Below, in pieces: positions 28,834 through 37,397 of a DNA stretch of 64,000 nucleotides; position 1 is the stretch's first letter; each line of letters starts with the position of its first letter. The position numbers were made by a program, and so were the translations under genes. Origin of the DNA: an uncultured Gammaproteobacteria bacterium (GTDB taxonomy: Bacteria > Patescibacteriota > Microgenomatia > Daviesbacterales > UBA10151). The stretch spans positions 40,718 to 104,717 of the forward strand of contig CAZFYQ010000001.1 of NCBI GenBank assembly GCA_964523905.1. Reading direction: 5' to 3'. The notes below the pieces were generated by a model. That model made no database searches. It was not told where the DNA came from and was given only the letters and a program-made list of their open reading frames with translations.

Positions 28834-31217
28834 AACCATTTATTATTCCGTTAAAAGATCTAACTATTGAGCAAGTGCCGGAAGTAGGTGGCAAAAATGC
28901 TTCACTTGGTGAAATGATTGGTACTTTATCCAAAAAAGGAGTCAAGATTCCCGGTGGTTTTGCAGTCACTGCCACAGCTTACAGATATTTTTTACAGGAA
29001 ACCAAATTGGATCTATTTATCAAAGAAACTTTAAAAGGTCTGGATACTGGTAACCTAAGGCAACTGGCCCAAAAAGGAAAATTAATTCGGGAGAAAATTT
29101 TACAAACAGATTTCCCCAAAGATTTGGAACAGGCCATTATTGAAGCTCACAAAGATGCGGAAAAACAGTTTGGTAAAGGTAGTGATTTTGCTTGTCGGTC
29201 TTCGGCAACAGCGGAGGATTTACCAGATGCTTCTTTTGCCGGAGAACATGAGACTTTTTTAAATGTCCGGGGTTCTCATGACATTTTGATAGCCATTAAA
29301 AAAGCCATGGCATCGCTTTTTACTAACCGGGCCATTTCTTACCGAGTTGATAAGCATTTTGATCATTTAAAAATTGCTCTTTCTGTGGGAGTGCAGAAAA
29401 TGATTCGCTCTGATCTGGCTTGTTCCGGCATCATGTTTACACTGGATACTGAATCCGGCTTTCCCGGTGTGGTATTAATTAACGGATCTTGGGGTTTGGG
29501 AGAAATGATTGTTGGGGGTGAGGTAACACCGGACGAATTTTTGGTATTTAAAAAGAATTTAGATCAGGAAAAATTATCACCAATTATTGATAAAACACTG
29601 GGTACTAAAGACCGCAAAATGATTTATGGAAAAGATCAGCCCACGGAAATTATTCCTACCACGCAGTTTGAAAGGACTAATTTTATTTTGACGGATGCGG
29701 AAATTTTACAACTGGCCAGATGGGCCACCACAGTGGAAGAACACTACAGTAACAAATACAAAAAATGGACGCCAATGGATTTGGAATGGGCGAAAGATGG
29801 TAATACTGATGAGCTCTATATTATCCAGGCTAGGCCAGAAACTGTGCAGTCTTTAAAAGATCACTCCATCATCAAAGAATACACTAGACAGCAGGATGGA
29901 GAGTTAATTACTAAAGGTGCCTCGGTGGGAAATTCCATTGCCACCGGCATTGCCAGAGTAATTGAGGATCCGGAAGATATTCACGAGTTTAAACCAGGGG
30001 AGATTTTGGTCACCAGGGTGACGGACCCGGACTGGGAGCCGATTATGAAAATAGCCTCAGCTATTATTACCGATCAAGGTGGTCGAACTTCTCATGCGGC
30101 AATTGTCGCCAGGGAACTGGGAATTCCAGCGATTGTGGGAGCAATTAATGCCACTGTCAAAATCAAAAACGGTCGGGAAATTACTGTTGATTGTTCTGGG
30201 CAGTCCGGTCTGGTCTATTCCGGAAAATTAAAGTTTAAAGTTACGGAACATAGCATTAAAAACTTGCCGGAAACTAAAACTCACATTATGGTTAATATTG
30301 CTACCCCGGAAACGGCTTTTGAAAAATCATTTTTACCAAACAAAGGAGTGGGGTTGGCTCGGGAAGAATTTATCATTACATCTAGTATTGGCATCCACCC
30401 ATTGGCTTTAATTAACTATGATAAACAAGACTCAAAGATCAAAGAAAAAATTGATGCCAAAACCATAGGTTACAAAGATAAAAAACAGTTTTACATTGAT
30501 AAATTAGCTTTCGGGATTGCCCGTATTTCTGCCAGCTTTCATCCTAATCCGGTAATTTTAAGGTTTTCTGATTTTAAAACTAATGAATATCGCAGTCTAA
30601 TCGGTGGGGAAGCTTACGAACCAAAAGAGGAAAATCCGATGATTGGCTGGAGAGGAGCATCACGCTATTATCATCCGGAGTTTGCACCGGCTTTTATACT
30701 GGAAGTAGAAGCCATTAAAAAAGTAATTAATCAGATGGGTTTAACTAATACTTGTGTGATGGTGCCGTTTTGTAGGACACCGGAAGAAGGGAAGCAAGTG
30801 ATTAAAATTATGGAGGAAAATGGTTTGTCTAAAAAAACCGTGCCGTCTTTAAAAATCTATGTAATGTGTGAGATTCCGGCTAATGTCATTTTGGCGGATC
30901 AATTTTTGGATGTGTTTGATGGCATGAGTATTGGTTCAAACGATCTGACTCAGCTAACTTTAGGGATTGACCGGGATGGTAATGAAAGAATTAGGGGAAT
31001 TGCTAATGAAAATGACCAATCAGTTAAAGATTTAATTGCCCAGGTGATTAAAAAATGTAAGGCTCGCGGTAAATATATTGGGATTTGTGGTCAGGCACCG
31101 TCTGATTACCCGGATTTTACTAAGTTTTTGGTCAAAGAGGGTATTGAAAGTATTTCTTTAAACCCGGATACTGTGATCAAGATCATACCGGAAGTTTATA
31201 AAGCCGAGCATAATTAG
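28830..31217 (+). CDS. ppsA: Phosphoenolpyruvate synthase
   Basis: VGGKNASLGEM, RSSATAEDLP, GGRTSHAAIVARELG, SIGSNDLTQL. Confidence 0.96.
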   Translation: MKPFIIPLKDLTIEQVPEVGGKNASLGEMIGTLSKKGVKIPGGFAVTATAYRYFLQETKLDLFIKETLKGLDTGNLRQLAQKGKLIREKILQTDFPKDLEQAIIEAHKDAEKQFGKGSDFACRSSATAEDLPDASFAGEHETFLNVRGSHDILIAIKKAMASLFTNRAISYRVDKHFDHLKIALSVGVQKMIRSDLACSGIMFTLDTESGFPGVVLINGSWGLGEMIVGGEVTPDEFLVFKKNLDQEKLSPIIDKTLGTKDRKMIYGKDQPTEIIPTTQFERTNFILTDAEILQLARWATTVEEHYSNKYKKWTPMDLEWAKDGNTDELYIIQARPETVQSLKDHSIIKEYTRQQDGELITKGASVGNSIATGIARVIEDPEDIHEFKPGEILVTRVTDPDWEPIMKIASAIITDQGGRTSHAAIVARELGIPAIVGAINATVKIKNGREITVDCSGQSGLVYSGKLKFKVTEHSIKNLPETKTHIMVNIATPETAFEKSFLPNKGVGLAREEFIITSSIGIHPLALINYDKQDSKIKEKIDAKTIGYKDKKQFYIDKLAFGIARISASFHPNPVILRFSDFKTNEYRSLIGGEAYEPKEENPMIGWRGASRYYHPEFAPAFILEVEAIKKVINQMGLTNTCVMVPFCRTPEEGKQVIKIMEENGLSKKTVPSLKIYVMCEIPANVILADQFLDVFDGMSIGSNDLTQLTLGIDRDGNERIRGIANENDQSVKDLIAQVIKKCKARGKYIGICGQAPSDYPDFTKFLVKEGIESISLNPDTVIKIIPEVYKAEHN

Positions 31218-31236
31218 CCCCGGAGGTGAGAAATAA

Positions 31237-31479
31237 ATGGCAACAAAAAAAGAAGAATTTAGAATTAATGGTGAAGGATTGGTAGCCAAAATCAAGGAAC
31301 TGATAAAAGAAGGTAATATCCGCAAAATCACCATCAAGGACAAAGAAGGCAAAGAGCTAATTACTTTTCCTTTAACCATTGGAGTGGTGGGAACAGTCTT
31401 AGCACCGGTGTTGGCAGCAATCGGGGCAATGGCAGCATTAATTGGGGAATGTACTATCTCTGTGGAAAGGGAACAATAA
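31237..31479 (+). CDS. DUF4342 family protein
   Basis: KIKELIKEGNIRKITIK...APVLAAIGAMAAL; SD GGAGGTG. Confidence 0.85.
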   Translation: MATKKEEFRINGEGLVAKIKELIKEGNIRKITIKDKEGKELITFPLTIGVVGTVLAPVLAAIGAMAALIGECTISVEREQ

Positions 31480-31494
31480 GGAAAGGAGGTTAAA

Positions 31495-31665
31495 ATGAAA
31501 CATCAAGGAGGCGGTAGCGCCATTTATGGTATCGGAATTTTAGGTGCTTTGGTATATTACCTGCAGCACGCCACAACTTTTTTAATGGGATTAATTGGCA
31601 TTTTTAAGGCCATTTTCTGGCCAGGAGTAATTTTGTACAAAGTACTGGAAGTTTGGCACATGTAG
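31495..31665 (+). CDS. 56-aa membrane protein (absent from ORF track)
   Basis: SD AAAGGAGGT; MKHQGGGSAIYGIGILGALVYY...KAIFWPGVILY. Confidence 0.8.
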   Translation: MKHQGGGSAIYGIGILGALVYYLQHATTFLMGLIGIFKAIFWPGVILYKVLEVWHM

Positions 31666-31672
31666 GCTTATA

Positions 31673-31987
31673 ATGTCAGCCGACATGGAACAAGAACCAC
31701 TAAAGCCACATATTCCTTTTGAAAATGAAATTAATGCAGTACCTGATGAGATTAAAGATCAAATCAGATGTTTAATAAAGAAACCCTATAAGGTCTTTGA
31801 GGATAAAAAACATCCTGATGGCAGTCTGTTTTCGCTGGAGGAACAAATAGAGGCATCTGCAGAGCATTTATTTATTTTTGTCGGGGAAGAAATACTGGCG
31901 GGTAGTGATCCAAAAGAGGCTTTTGATTTGGTAAAACAAGTTCAGAAAAGGTTTTTGGATAGCCAAGAACCTGAAAAAGAAGTATAA
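31673..31987 (+). CDS. Hypothetical protein
   Basis: 104-aa acidic ORF in gene run. Confidence 0.6.
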   Translation: MSADMEQEPLKPHIPFENEINAVPDEIKDQIRCLIKKPYKVFEDKKHPDGSLFSLEEQIEASAEHLFIFVGEEILAGSDPKEAFDLVKQVQKRFLDSQEPEKEV

Positions 31988-31994
31988 TATACTT

Positions 31995-32225
31995 ATGATT
32001 GCCACAAATGTTGAAACAGGACCTGGGGTACAACAAGTTATAGCTGATAGAATCATTCGTCCAATTGACCCTTTTGGTGAAAGAAAAGGAACAATAGAAG
32101 AGCAAGTTACAGCTGATCAAGCCGAAATGACGAAGTTTGCTGTTGAGAGGTCACTAGAGCCAGCTTCAATTAATAGAATGGCCGATTTATTTGATAGAAT
32201 TCGTGATATTGCTTCTGCAAAATAA
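31995..32225 (+). CDS. Hypothetical protein
   Basis: TATAAT 6 nt before ATG. Confidence 0.6.
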   Translation: MIATNVETGPGVQQVIADRIIRPIDPFGERKGTIEEQVTADQAEMTKFAVERSLEPASINRMADLFDRIRDIASAK

Positions 32226-32282
32226 GTTTTTATTACCTACTTTAAACTAGCAATTTCCTCCCAAAAGGCCTAGAATTTTTCT

Positions 32283-32777
32283 ATGAACGCAGAAGATGTT
32301 TTGGAACTTTATAAATTATTTCAGGATCATGGAATAGAGATCTGGATTGATGGTGGATGGGGAATTGATTCACTATTAGGCCATCAGACAAGATGGCATA
32401 AGGATTTGGATATTGCCTTGGATGATAAATATAAACCAAAATTACTAAAACTGTTAGCTGAAAGAGGATACAAGGAAATCAATCTAGATACTAGACGTGA
32501 CTGGAATTTTGTTATGAGTGATGGGCAAAGAGAAATTGATATTCACACCTTTATTTTTGATGAGCAGGGTAAAAATATCTATGGTACAGGTTATCCGAAG
32601 CCAGCATTATCAGGAACAGGAATAATTAATGGGGTTTCTATTAATTGTATTCCCCCTGAATGGGTGGTTAAACTGCATGCAATGGCCACTTATACTCCCA
32701 AAGAAAAAGACATCCAGGATGTAAATGCGGTCTGTGATAAATTTGGCCTAGAGCCTCCAGAGAATTATAAAAAGTAG
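32283..32777 (+). CDS. Lincosamide/aminoglycoside nucleotidyltransferase family protein
   Basis: WIDGGWGIDSLLGHQTRWHKDLDI, EIDIH. Confidence 0.85.
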   Translation: MNAEDVLELYKLFQDHGIEIWIDGGWGIDSLLGHQTRWHKDLDIALDDKYKPKLLKLLAERGYKEINLDTRRDWNFVMSDGQREIDIHTFIFDEQGKNIYGTGYPKPALSGTGIINGVSINCIPPEWVVKLHAMATYTPKEKDIQDVNAVCDKFGLEPPENYKK

Positions 32778-32791
32778 TAAAATTTGGTTAA

Positions 32792-33418
32792 ATGCTCGTA
32801 TTTATTGATGACTCCGGTGATGCAGGTTTCAAGCTTCAAAAGGGATCAACCTTAATATTTGTAATTGGTTGTGTAATCTTTGATGATGAGTTGGAAGCAG
32901 AGAAAACAGCAATCGCCATTAAAGAATTAAAAAGAAAACTAAAATTTCCTGATGACGTGGAGTTCAAATTTAACAAATCTACTAAAAAAGTAAAAATGGA
33001 GTTTTTGGAAACGATAAAGTTGTTTAAGTTTAAAATCAGATGTTTGGTAGTTCAAAAGGATATGATACGGAGTGATGAGTTTAAGAAGAATAAAAATTCA
33101 TTTTATGGGTATGCTATTAAGATGCTTCTAAAATATAGCGCGGGTTCAATCCTAAATGCCAAGATAAGAATAGATGGAGGTGGAGATAGAATATTTAGAA
33201 GAAATTTTATTTCTTATCTAAGAAAGCAGTTAAATTCTGATCAGAAAAGAATAATGGATGAGTGCAAATTATTGGATTCAAAACAAAATGTTTTGATACA
33301 GCTGGCTGATATGATAGCAGGTAGTATTTATAGAAGTTACCAGACAGAAAAAACAGATAGTCTAGTTTATAAGAAGATTATTCAAAGACATATTGAAGAC
33401 GAGTGGAGGTTCAAATAA
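32792..33418 (+). CDS. DUF3800 family protein (predicted RNase H-like fold)
   Basis: N-terminal FIDDSGD, EFKF, IRIDG, C-terminal DSK..LIQLADMIAG. Confidence 0.88.
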   Translation: MLVFIDDSGDAGFKLQKGSTLIFVIGCVIFDDELEAEKTAIAIKELKRKLKFPDDVEFKFNKSTKKVKMEFLETIKLFKFKIRCLVVQKDMIRSDEFKKNKNSFYGYAIKMLLKYSAGSILNAKIRIDGGGDRIFRRNFISYLRKQLNSDQKRIMDECKLLDSKQNVLIQLADMIAGSIYRSYQTEKTDSLVYKKIIQRHIEDEWRFK

Positions 33419-33445
33419 CAAAAAATGGCTCCTTAAGGAGCCATT
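33417..33445 (-). terminator. Intrinsic terminator of the ncRNA
   Basis: Perfect 22-bp palindrome AATGGCTCCTTAAGGAGCCATT (33424-33445) followed by a T run on the minus strand only. Confidence 0.8.
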
Positions 33446-33521
33446 CCCAACCACGTTCCTATCCAAACGTTAGCTTGGAACGCGCACCGTCCGGTGACAA
33501 TTCGGAATACAGGTTTCTGTA
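33417..33521 (-). ncRNA. Structured ncRNA of about 105 nt convergent on the DUF3800 gene (DUF3800-associated RNA class)
   Basis: Own sigma70 promoter, three internal hairpins with a possible closing stem, intrinsic terminator; no ORF. Confidence 0.75.
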
Positions 33522-33526
33522 GTTAA

Positions 33527-33555
33527 AGTATAGCATATCTTATTAAGCTATGCAA
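33527..33555 (-). promoter_or_regulatory. Sigma70 promoter of the ncRNA
   Basis: Minus strand TTGCAT-17 nt-TATACT with extended TGn. Confidence 0.75.
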
Positions 33556-33618
33556 AGATAACCCGAATTTCTAAGTTCAAAGTATACGGTTTGTTACAGT
33601 TGACAGATTTGTACCCAC

Positions 33619-33714
33619 AAAAAATATGGTTTCACTGAAACAGATCAGCCCGTCGAAGGCATCTCGCTCGGCAACTCCAAACTAATCCCCAAAATCCTAA
33701 TGGAAAGAACCTAG
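33619..33714 (+). pseudogene. Possible C-terminal remnant of a GNAT acetyltransferase
   Basis: KKYGFTETDQPVEGISLGNSKLIPKILMERT* resembles the GNAT Y.K.GF end; no start codon. Confidence 0.4.
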
Positions 33715-33766
33715 TCCGCTCCTGGCTCCATGCTGTCTGAGGTGGTAAAATCTGATAAGTAATCAA

Positions 33767-34204
33767 ATGAATATTCTAAAGAAGCATTTAGGTTTAGTTA
33801 TTTTAACTGTTGTTTTGGTTTTACTTGATATTTTGCACAAAGAATTATTTTTTACAGTTCTACTAATTTATGGTCTGTTGATCAAATTTTTATTGACTGA
33901 ATCTATAAGTAAAAAACTTAGAAAGATTTTATCAGTAACAATATGGACTGCTGCCCTAATAATCACTTTTTTACTCTATTATTCAAATCACTATTTTCCT
34001 CGAGGCCCTATGATTGATACTGGAGATGTTCTATGCCAAAACGATGACCGCGGGCCATGTTCAGAGAAATTTATAGAAGATACCAGTAATCTAAATGTCC
34101 CAACATGGGTGAAGTTTTTTAAAGGTTCGGAAGGAGAATTACTATGGTTTGGATTATTGTTTGCTGGAATTGTAATAATTAGAGATAAACTATCTTCTAA
34201 TTAA
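33767..34204 (+). CDS. Hypothetical membrane protein
   Basis: Four hydrophobic segments; loop with CQNDDRGPC. Confidence 0.7.
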   Translation: MNILKKHLGLVILTVVLVLLDILHKELFFTVLLIYGLLIKFLLTESISKKLRKILSVTIWTAALIITFLLYYSNHYFPRGPMIDTGDVLCQNDDRGPCSEKFIEDTSNLNVPTWVKFFKGSEGELLWFGLLFAGIVIIRDKLSSN

Positions 34205-34539
34205 ATTAATGCAAGCTGCGAGAGCTTTTTCCTTTTGATTGTCTCAAATTCCTCATCTGTTACAATGCCCTTGTTTCTAAGATCGTGAAGCCTTGTAAAA
34301 AAATCCAACTCATGAATGGCTGTAGTGGTTGGTGTCTCCAACTTATAAATTTTTTTGATTATTAATTTAATTTGTTCTGCTTCTTTTGGGGTATAAACTC
34401 TCCAAGCACCGCCAGTATTACTTACTGGAAAGGCATGCTTTTTTTCAAGGCGATAGAAAGTTACCCGGCCTAACGGTATTCCTTCTGATCTAAGTTCATT
34501 TAAAATTTTTCCAACTGTAATGTAAGGGAAAATCCTCAT
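34201..34539 (-). CDS. MerR/excisionase-like HTH protein with C-terminal SHOCT domain
   Basis: RVTFYRLEK...GAWRVYT; LHDLRNKGIVTDEEFETIKRKKL. Confidence 0.7.
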   Translation of the reverse strand: MRIFPYITVGKILNELRSEGIPLGRVTFYRLEKKHAFPVSNTGGAWRVYTPKEAEQIKLIIKKIYKLETPTTTAIHELDFFTRLHDLRNKGIVTDEEFETIKRKKLSQLALI

Positions 34540-34782
34540 ATTAACCCATAATATATCATACTAATCTATATTATGCAATATTATATCATTTTCCATCATA
34601 TTTAACATGAATAAATTTGCAGGTTAAGTAAATTTTTAAAGCTAAATTTTGCCTCTTGCGTTTTGAAATATGTTCATGCTAGAATCTGGCTGTTTAATAT
34701 GTATAAGGATACTTTTCTAACCTGTCCTGAGTAAAGTTTCTCAAAAAAATTAAGCAAATAAAAACCTTTTATTAAGGAGAAT

Positions 34783-35019
34783 ATGTCAAAAGGAAAAGAC
34801 CAACACGTTGTTCCAGTAGGATCAGACTGGGGAATTAAAGGAGCCGGCAATAGCCGGTACACTGAGATTTTTGAAAATAAAGCCGACGCGCTTGAAGCCG
34901 GAAGAGAGATTGCAATCAACCAGCAATCAGAGCTGGTTATTCATGGCAGAAATGGTCGAATTCAGGATAAAGATAGCTTCGGAAATGATCCCAGCTCAAT
35001 TAAGGACAGAGTGCATTAA
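34783..35019 (+). CDS. DUF2188 family protein
   Basis: QHVVP..WGIKG...ELVIHGRNGRIQDKDSFGNDP; SD AAGGAG. Confidence 0.88.
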   Translation: MSKGKDQHVVPVGSDWGIKGAGNSRYTEIFENKADALEAGREIAINQQSELVIHGRNGRIQDKDSFGNDPSSIKDRVH

Positions 35020-35043
35020 AAAATTGAGAGGAGGTGAATGATT

Positions 35044-35181
35044 ATGACAATAAACCAATTACTGGAAAAAGCAGTCGAAATTACTAAAGAGTATGCCAGC
35101 AGCGGAGGAGTTGTTCCATTAGATGCTGTATTAGAGCAAGTTTTTAGCAAGCTGAAGCAATTGAATCAAGAAAGCCAATAA
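35044..35181 (+). CDS. 45-aa helical protein (absent from ORF track)
   Basis: SD GAGGAGGTG; MTINQLLEKAVEITKEYASSGG...LKQLNQESQ. Confidence 0.7.
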   Translation: MTINQLLEKAVEITKEYASSGGVVPLDAVLEQVFSKLKQLNQESQ

Positions 35182-35202
35182 AAACTGCTCTAATTACGCT
35201 TT

Positions 35203-35841
35203 ATGTATACTTTTTACAAATATCTTAATCAAAAATATCTAAAAAGCTTTTTGGGTGGTCAAATTTTAATTAGACCACTTGCTGAATTTAGAAAGGCTGA
35301 AGAGTATGGTGCAGAAATAGGTGATTCAAATGAAGGGAAGGTTAAATTTCTAACAAAGGGGAAATCTTTCGATACAAGTGACCCCAATCATAATAAATCA
35401 CTGGCCCATGCAATTTCGGGTACTATTCAGGCAGGACAAATAGTTATTGAAGCGAGCGAAACAATAAACATTGCAACTAATAATTGTTTCATTTTTTCCG
35501 TATCACAAGTTAAAGCAAGCGCGGTAGCAAATAAAATGAACAGAGATACCTGTGTGGAAATTGCTGAATTCGGGTCCTTTTTTAAAGATCTGACAGATTG
35601 TTTACTAAGAAAAGGCTATAAAGTAAAGCTAGATCAAGCGCTTGTGAAAGATTGTCTATATGTTGATCGGGTGTTTGATCTACAAGATGGGTTACCTGAT
35701 GCACCAGCTTTTTTAAAAGAAAAAAAACATGAGTATCAAAAAGAGGTTAGGTGTGCGTGGATTATCGAGAATACAGTAGAAGGGGCTATTGTAGTAGAAT
35801 GCCCTGAACTTAAGAAATATTTTAAGATAGTAAATCTTTAA
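35203..35841 (+). CDS. Hypothetical protein, DUF2971-like motifs
   Basis: FYKY, IGD..EG, FIFSVS, FLKEKKHEYQKEVR. Confidence 0.55.
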   Translation: MYTFYKYLNQKYLKSFLGGQILIRPLAEFRKAEEYGAEIGDSNEGKVKFLTKGKSFDTSDPNHNKSLAHAISGTIQAGQIVIEASETINIATNNCFIFSVSQVKASAVANKMNRDTCVEIAEFGSFFKDLTDCLLRKGYKVKLDQALVKDCLYVDRVFDLQDGLPDAPAFLKEKKHEYQKEVRCAWIIENTVEGAIVVECPELKKYFKIVNL

Positions 35842-35867
35842 ATAATAAACAAAGGAGGTGAGCTATA

Positions 35868-36140
35868 TTGGAAGAAAAACCGAAAAGTAGTGATAATGTA
35901 AACGTCAATTTTGATACAACACCTATTTTATATACTGATAATGTCAGTATGACTGTTAATGAAGATGGTGTTGTGCTGGATTTCACACAACGTTTATTAA
36001 CAACAAATCAGGTAAAGATTGTTGCAAGAATAGGAATGAGTAGAGAACATGCGAAGAAATTTGTAGAAGCTTTAGAAACTGGGATCAAAAGTGCAGAAAG
36101 CGCCATGCAATCCGCTGCAAAAAAAGCTAAGTTGAATTGA
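35868..36140 (+). CDS. DUF3467 family protein
   Basis: ILYTDNV...VVLDF...VARIGMSREHAKKF; SD AAAGGAGGTG before TTG. Confidence 0.82.
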   Translation: MEEKPKSSDNVNVNFDTTPILYTDNVSMTVNEDGVVLDFTQRLLTTNQVKIVARIGMSREHAKKFVEALETGIKSAESAMQSAAKKAKLN

Positions 36141-36235
36141 TATTCTTAGCGACTTAAGGGATTTGGAGATTTCGCTGTAGACACAGAATGTTGATGGATT
36201 TTGATTTCTGTGAGCCATAATATTAGAATGGCTTT

Positions 36236-36577
36236 ATGACTGAAAGGAGAGCTGGGAATGATTTTTTGCAAAGAGTTTTTGAAACTCGTAAAGATAACCC
36301 AGCTGTTTTAAGGTTAATGGTTAGGAGAAGTATATGGATGATAGATAAGGCTGCCAGTGGGCTTAATCGATTTGGTGAGCCAATGCGAAAATCCGAACAG
36401 GATGCTTTAATTGCTGAAGGAATAGATGCTCTTCATGTTTGGTTAGAATATGCCGCGCATGCGCAAATTCCAATTGCTGCAGATTTAGTACTGCAAGCTG
36501 AAGATAGAGTGACGACATTTGGACCCCGTGTTGAAGAGCTTAAACAACTACAAAAAAGGACAATAACAAAAATTTAA
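36236..36577 (+). CDS. Hypothetical protein
   Basis: 113-aa helical ORF; TAGAAT 6 nt upstream. Confidence 0.6.
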   Translation: MTERRAGNDFLQRVFETRKDNPAVLRLMVRRSIWMIDKAASGLNRFGEPMRKSEQDALIAEGIDALHVWLEYAAHAQIPIAADLVLQAEDRVTTFGPRVEELKQLQKRTITKI

Positions 36578-36617
36578 AGATATCTAGATAGGGAGTTTTT
36601 GGTGGTATAATTTAAAG

Positions 36618-36827
36618 ATGAGCGGGTATTTTTATCATCAATATAACCTGGGATCTTTTGTTTGGCTAATGCCTTTTATATTTCTTGAACTGATTTTAAA
36701 AGGGATCGCGCTTTGGAAAGCCGGTAGAAATAATCAAAAATATTGGTTTATTGCGCTTTTGATTATTAATTCCGTGGGACTGCTGCCAATAATCTATCTT
36801 TTGTTTTTTCAGGTTAAGCGTAAATGA
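36618..36827 (+). CDS. DUF5652 family membrane protein
   Basis: LKGIALWKAGRNNQKYWFIALLIINSVGLLPIIY. Confidence 0.85.
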   Translation: MSGYFYHQYNLGSFVWLMPFIFLELILKGIALWKAGRNNQKYWFIALLIINSVGLLPIIYLLFFQVKRK

Positions 36828-36831
36828 TCTT

Positions 36832-36975
36832 CACACTTTTGGCCGCAAAAGTGTGGCAAAACTCCTTGCTTGAAAGTCGGGCTACTCTTCAGATTTTGTC
36901 TAGCGGGGGTTTGCCCCCTCACAAATTCCTCCACTAAAGTGATAGTCAGTTTGTGTTTCCCCCTGCTGCCAAAAT
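36832..36975. other. GC-richer multi-hairpin non-coding segment at island edge
   Basis: CACACTTTTG-gccg-CAAAAGTGTG; GGGGG-tttg-CCCCC; CACAAATT...AGTTTGTG. Confidence 0.5.
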
Positions 36976-37052
36976 CCTCATCTTTTAACGCCCTTTGTTT
37001 CCATAGCAAGACCTTTTTGACAATGTAAAAGCGGATTGTTACAATTTTTGCA

Positions 37053-37397
37053 ATGAACGCATATGAAAGATTAGTACAATCCAGAAAGTTAGAGCAGATG
37101 TATGGTCCGGAAAGAATTGCCCGAATGGTGGCTGACAGAGAGGCAACTGACCCGAGTATTACCCGGAAGAAACAAATTTACAAAGAGCAGGCAGTAGACA
37201 TTGCTAATAAATTAGGTGCTATACCCTTAACCCCAATTCAAAGAGAAAGACTGCAGTGGCAATTGGATGTGCTTACTTACAGGGCAGAGCATGGACCAGT
37301 AATACATTCAGGATATTATGACTTTAACTTATTACCGGAAACTTTAGCTGCACGTAATCCCTTAACTGGCGGTAGGGGAATGGAAGGAATTAGTTAA
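37053..37397 (+). CDS. Hypothetical protein
   Basis: TTGACA...TACAAT promoter directly before ATG. Confidence 0.65.
   Translation: MNAYERLVQSRKLEQMYGPERIARMVADREATDPSITRKKQIYKEQAVDIANKLGAIPLTPIQRERLQWQLDVLTYRAEHGPVIHSGYYDFNLLPETLAARNPLTGGRGMEGIS

Noticed and set aside
33715-33731. tRNA/tmRNA 3' end or att site (TCCGCTCCTGGCTCCA)
   Set aside because: No GTTCRA T-loop or acceptor stem partner, and no integrase in the window
36809-37009. 66-aa minus-strand ORF
   Set aside because: TTG start, overlaps the DUF5652 gene and the hairpins, no recognisable protein features
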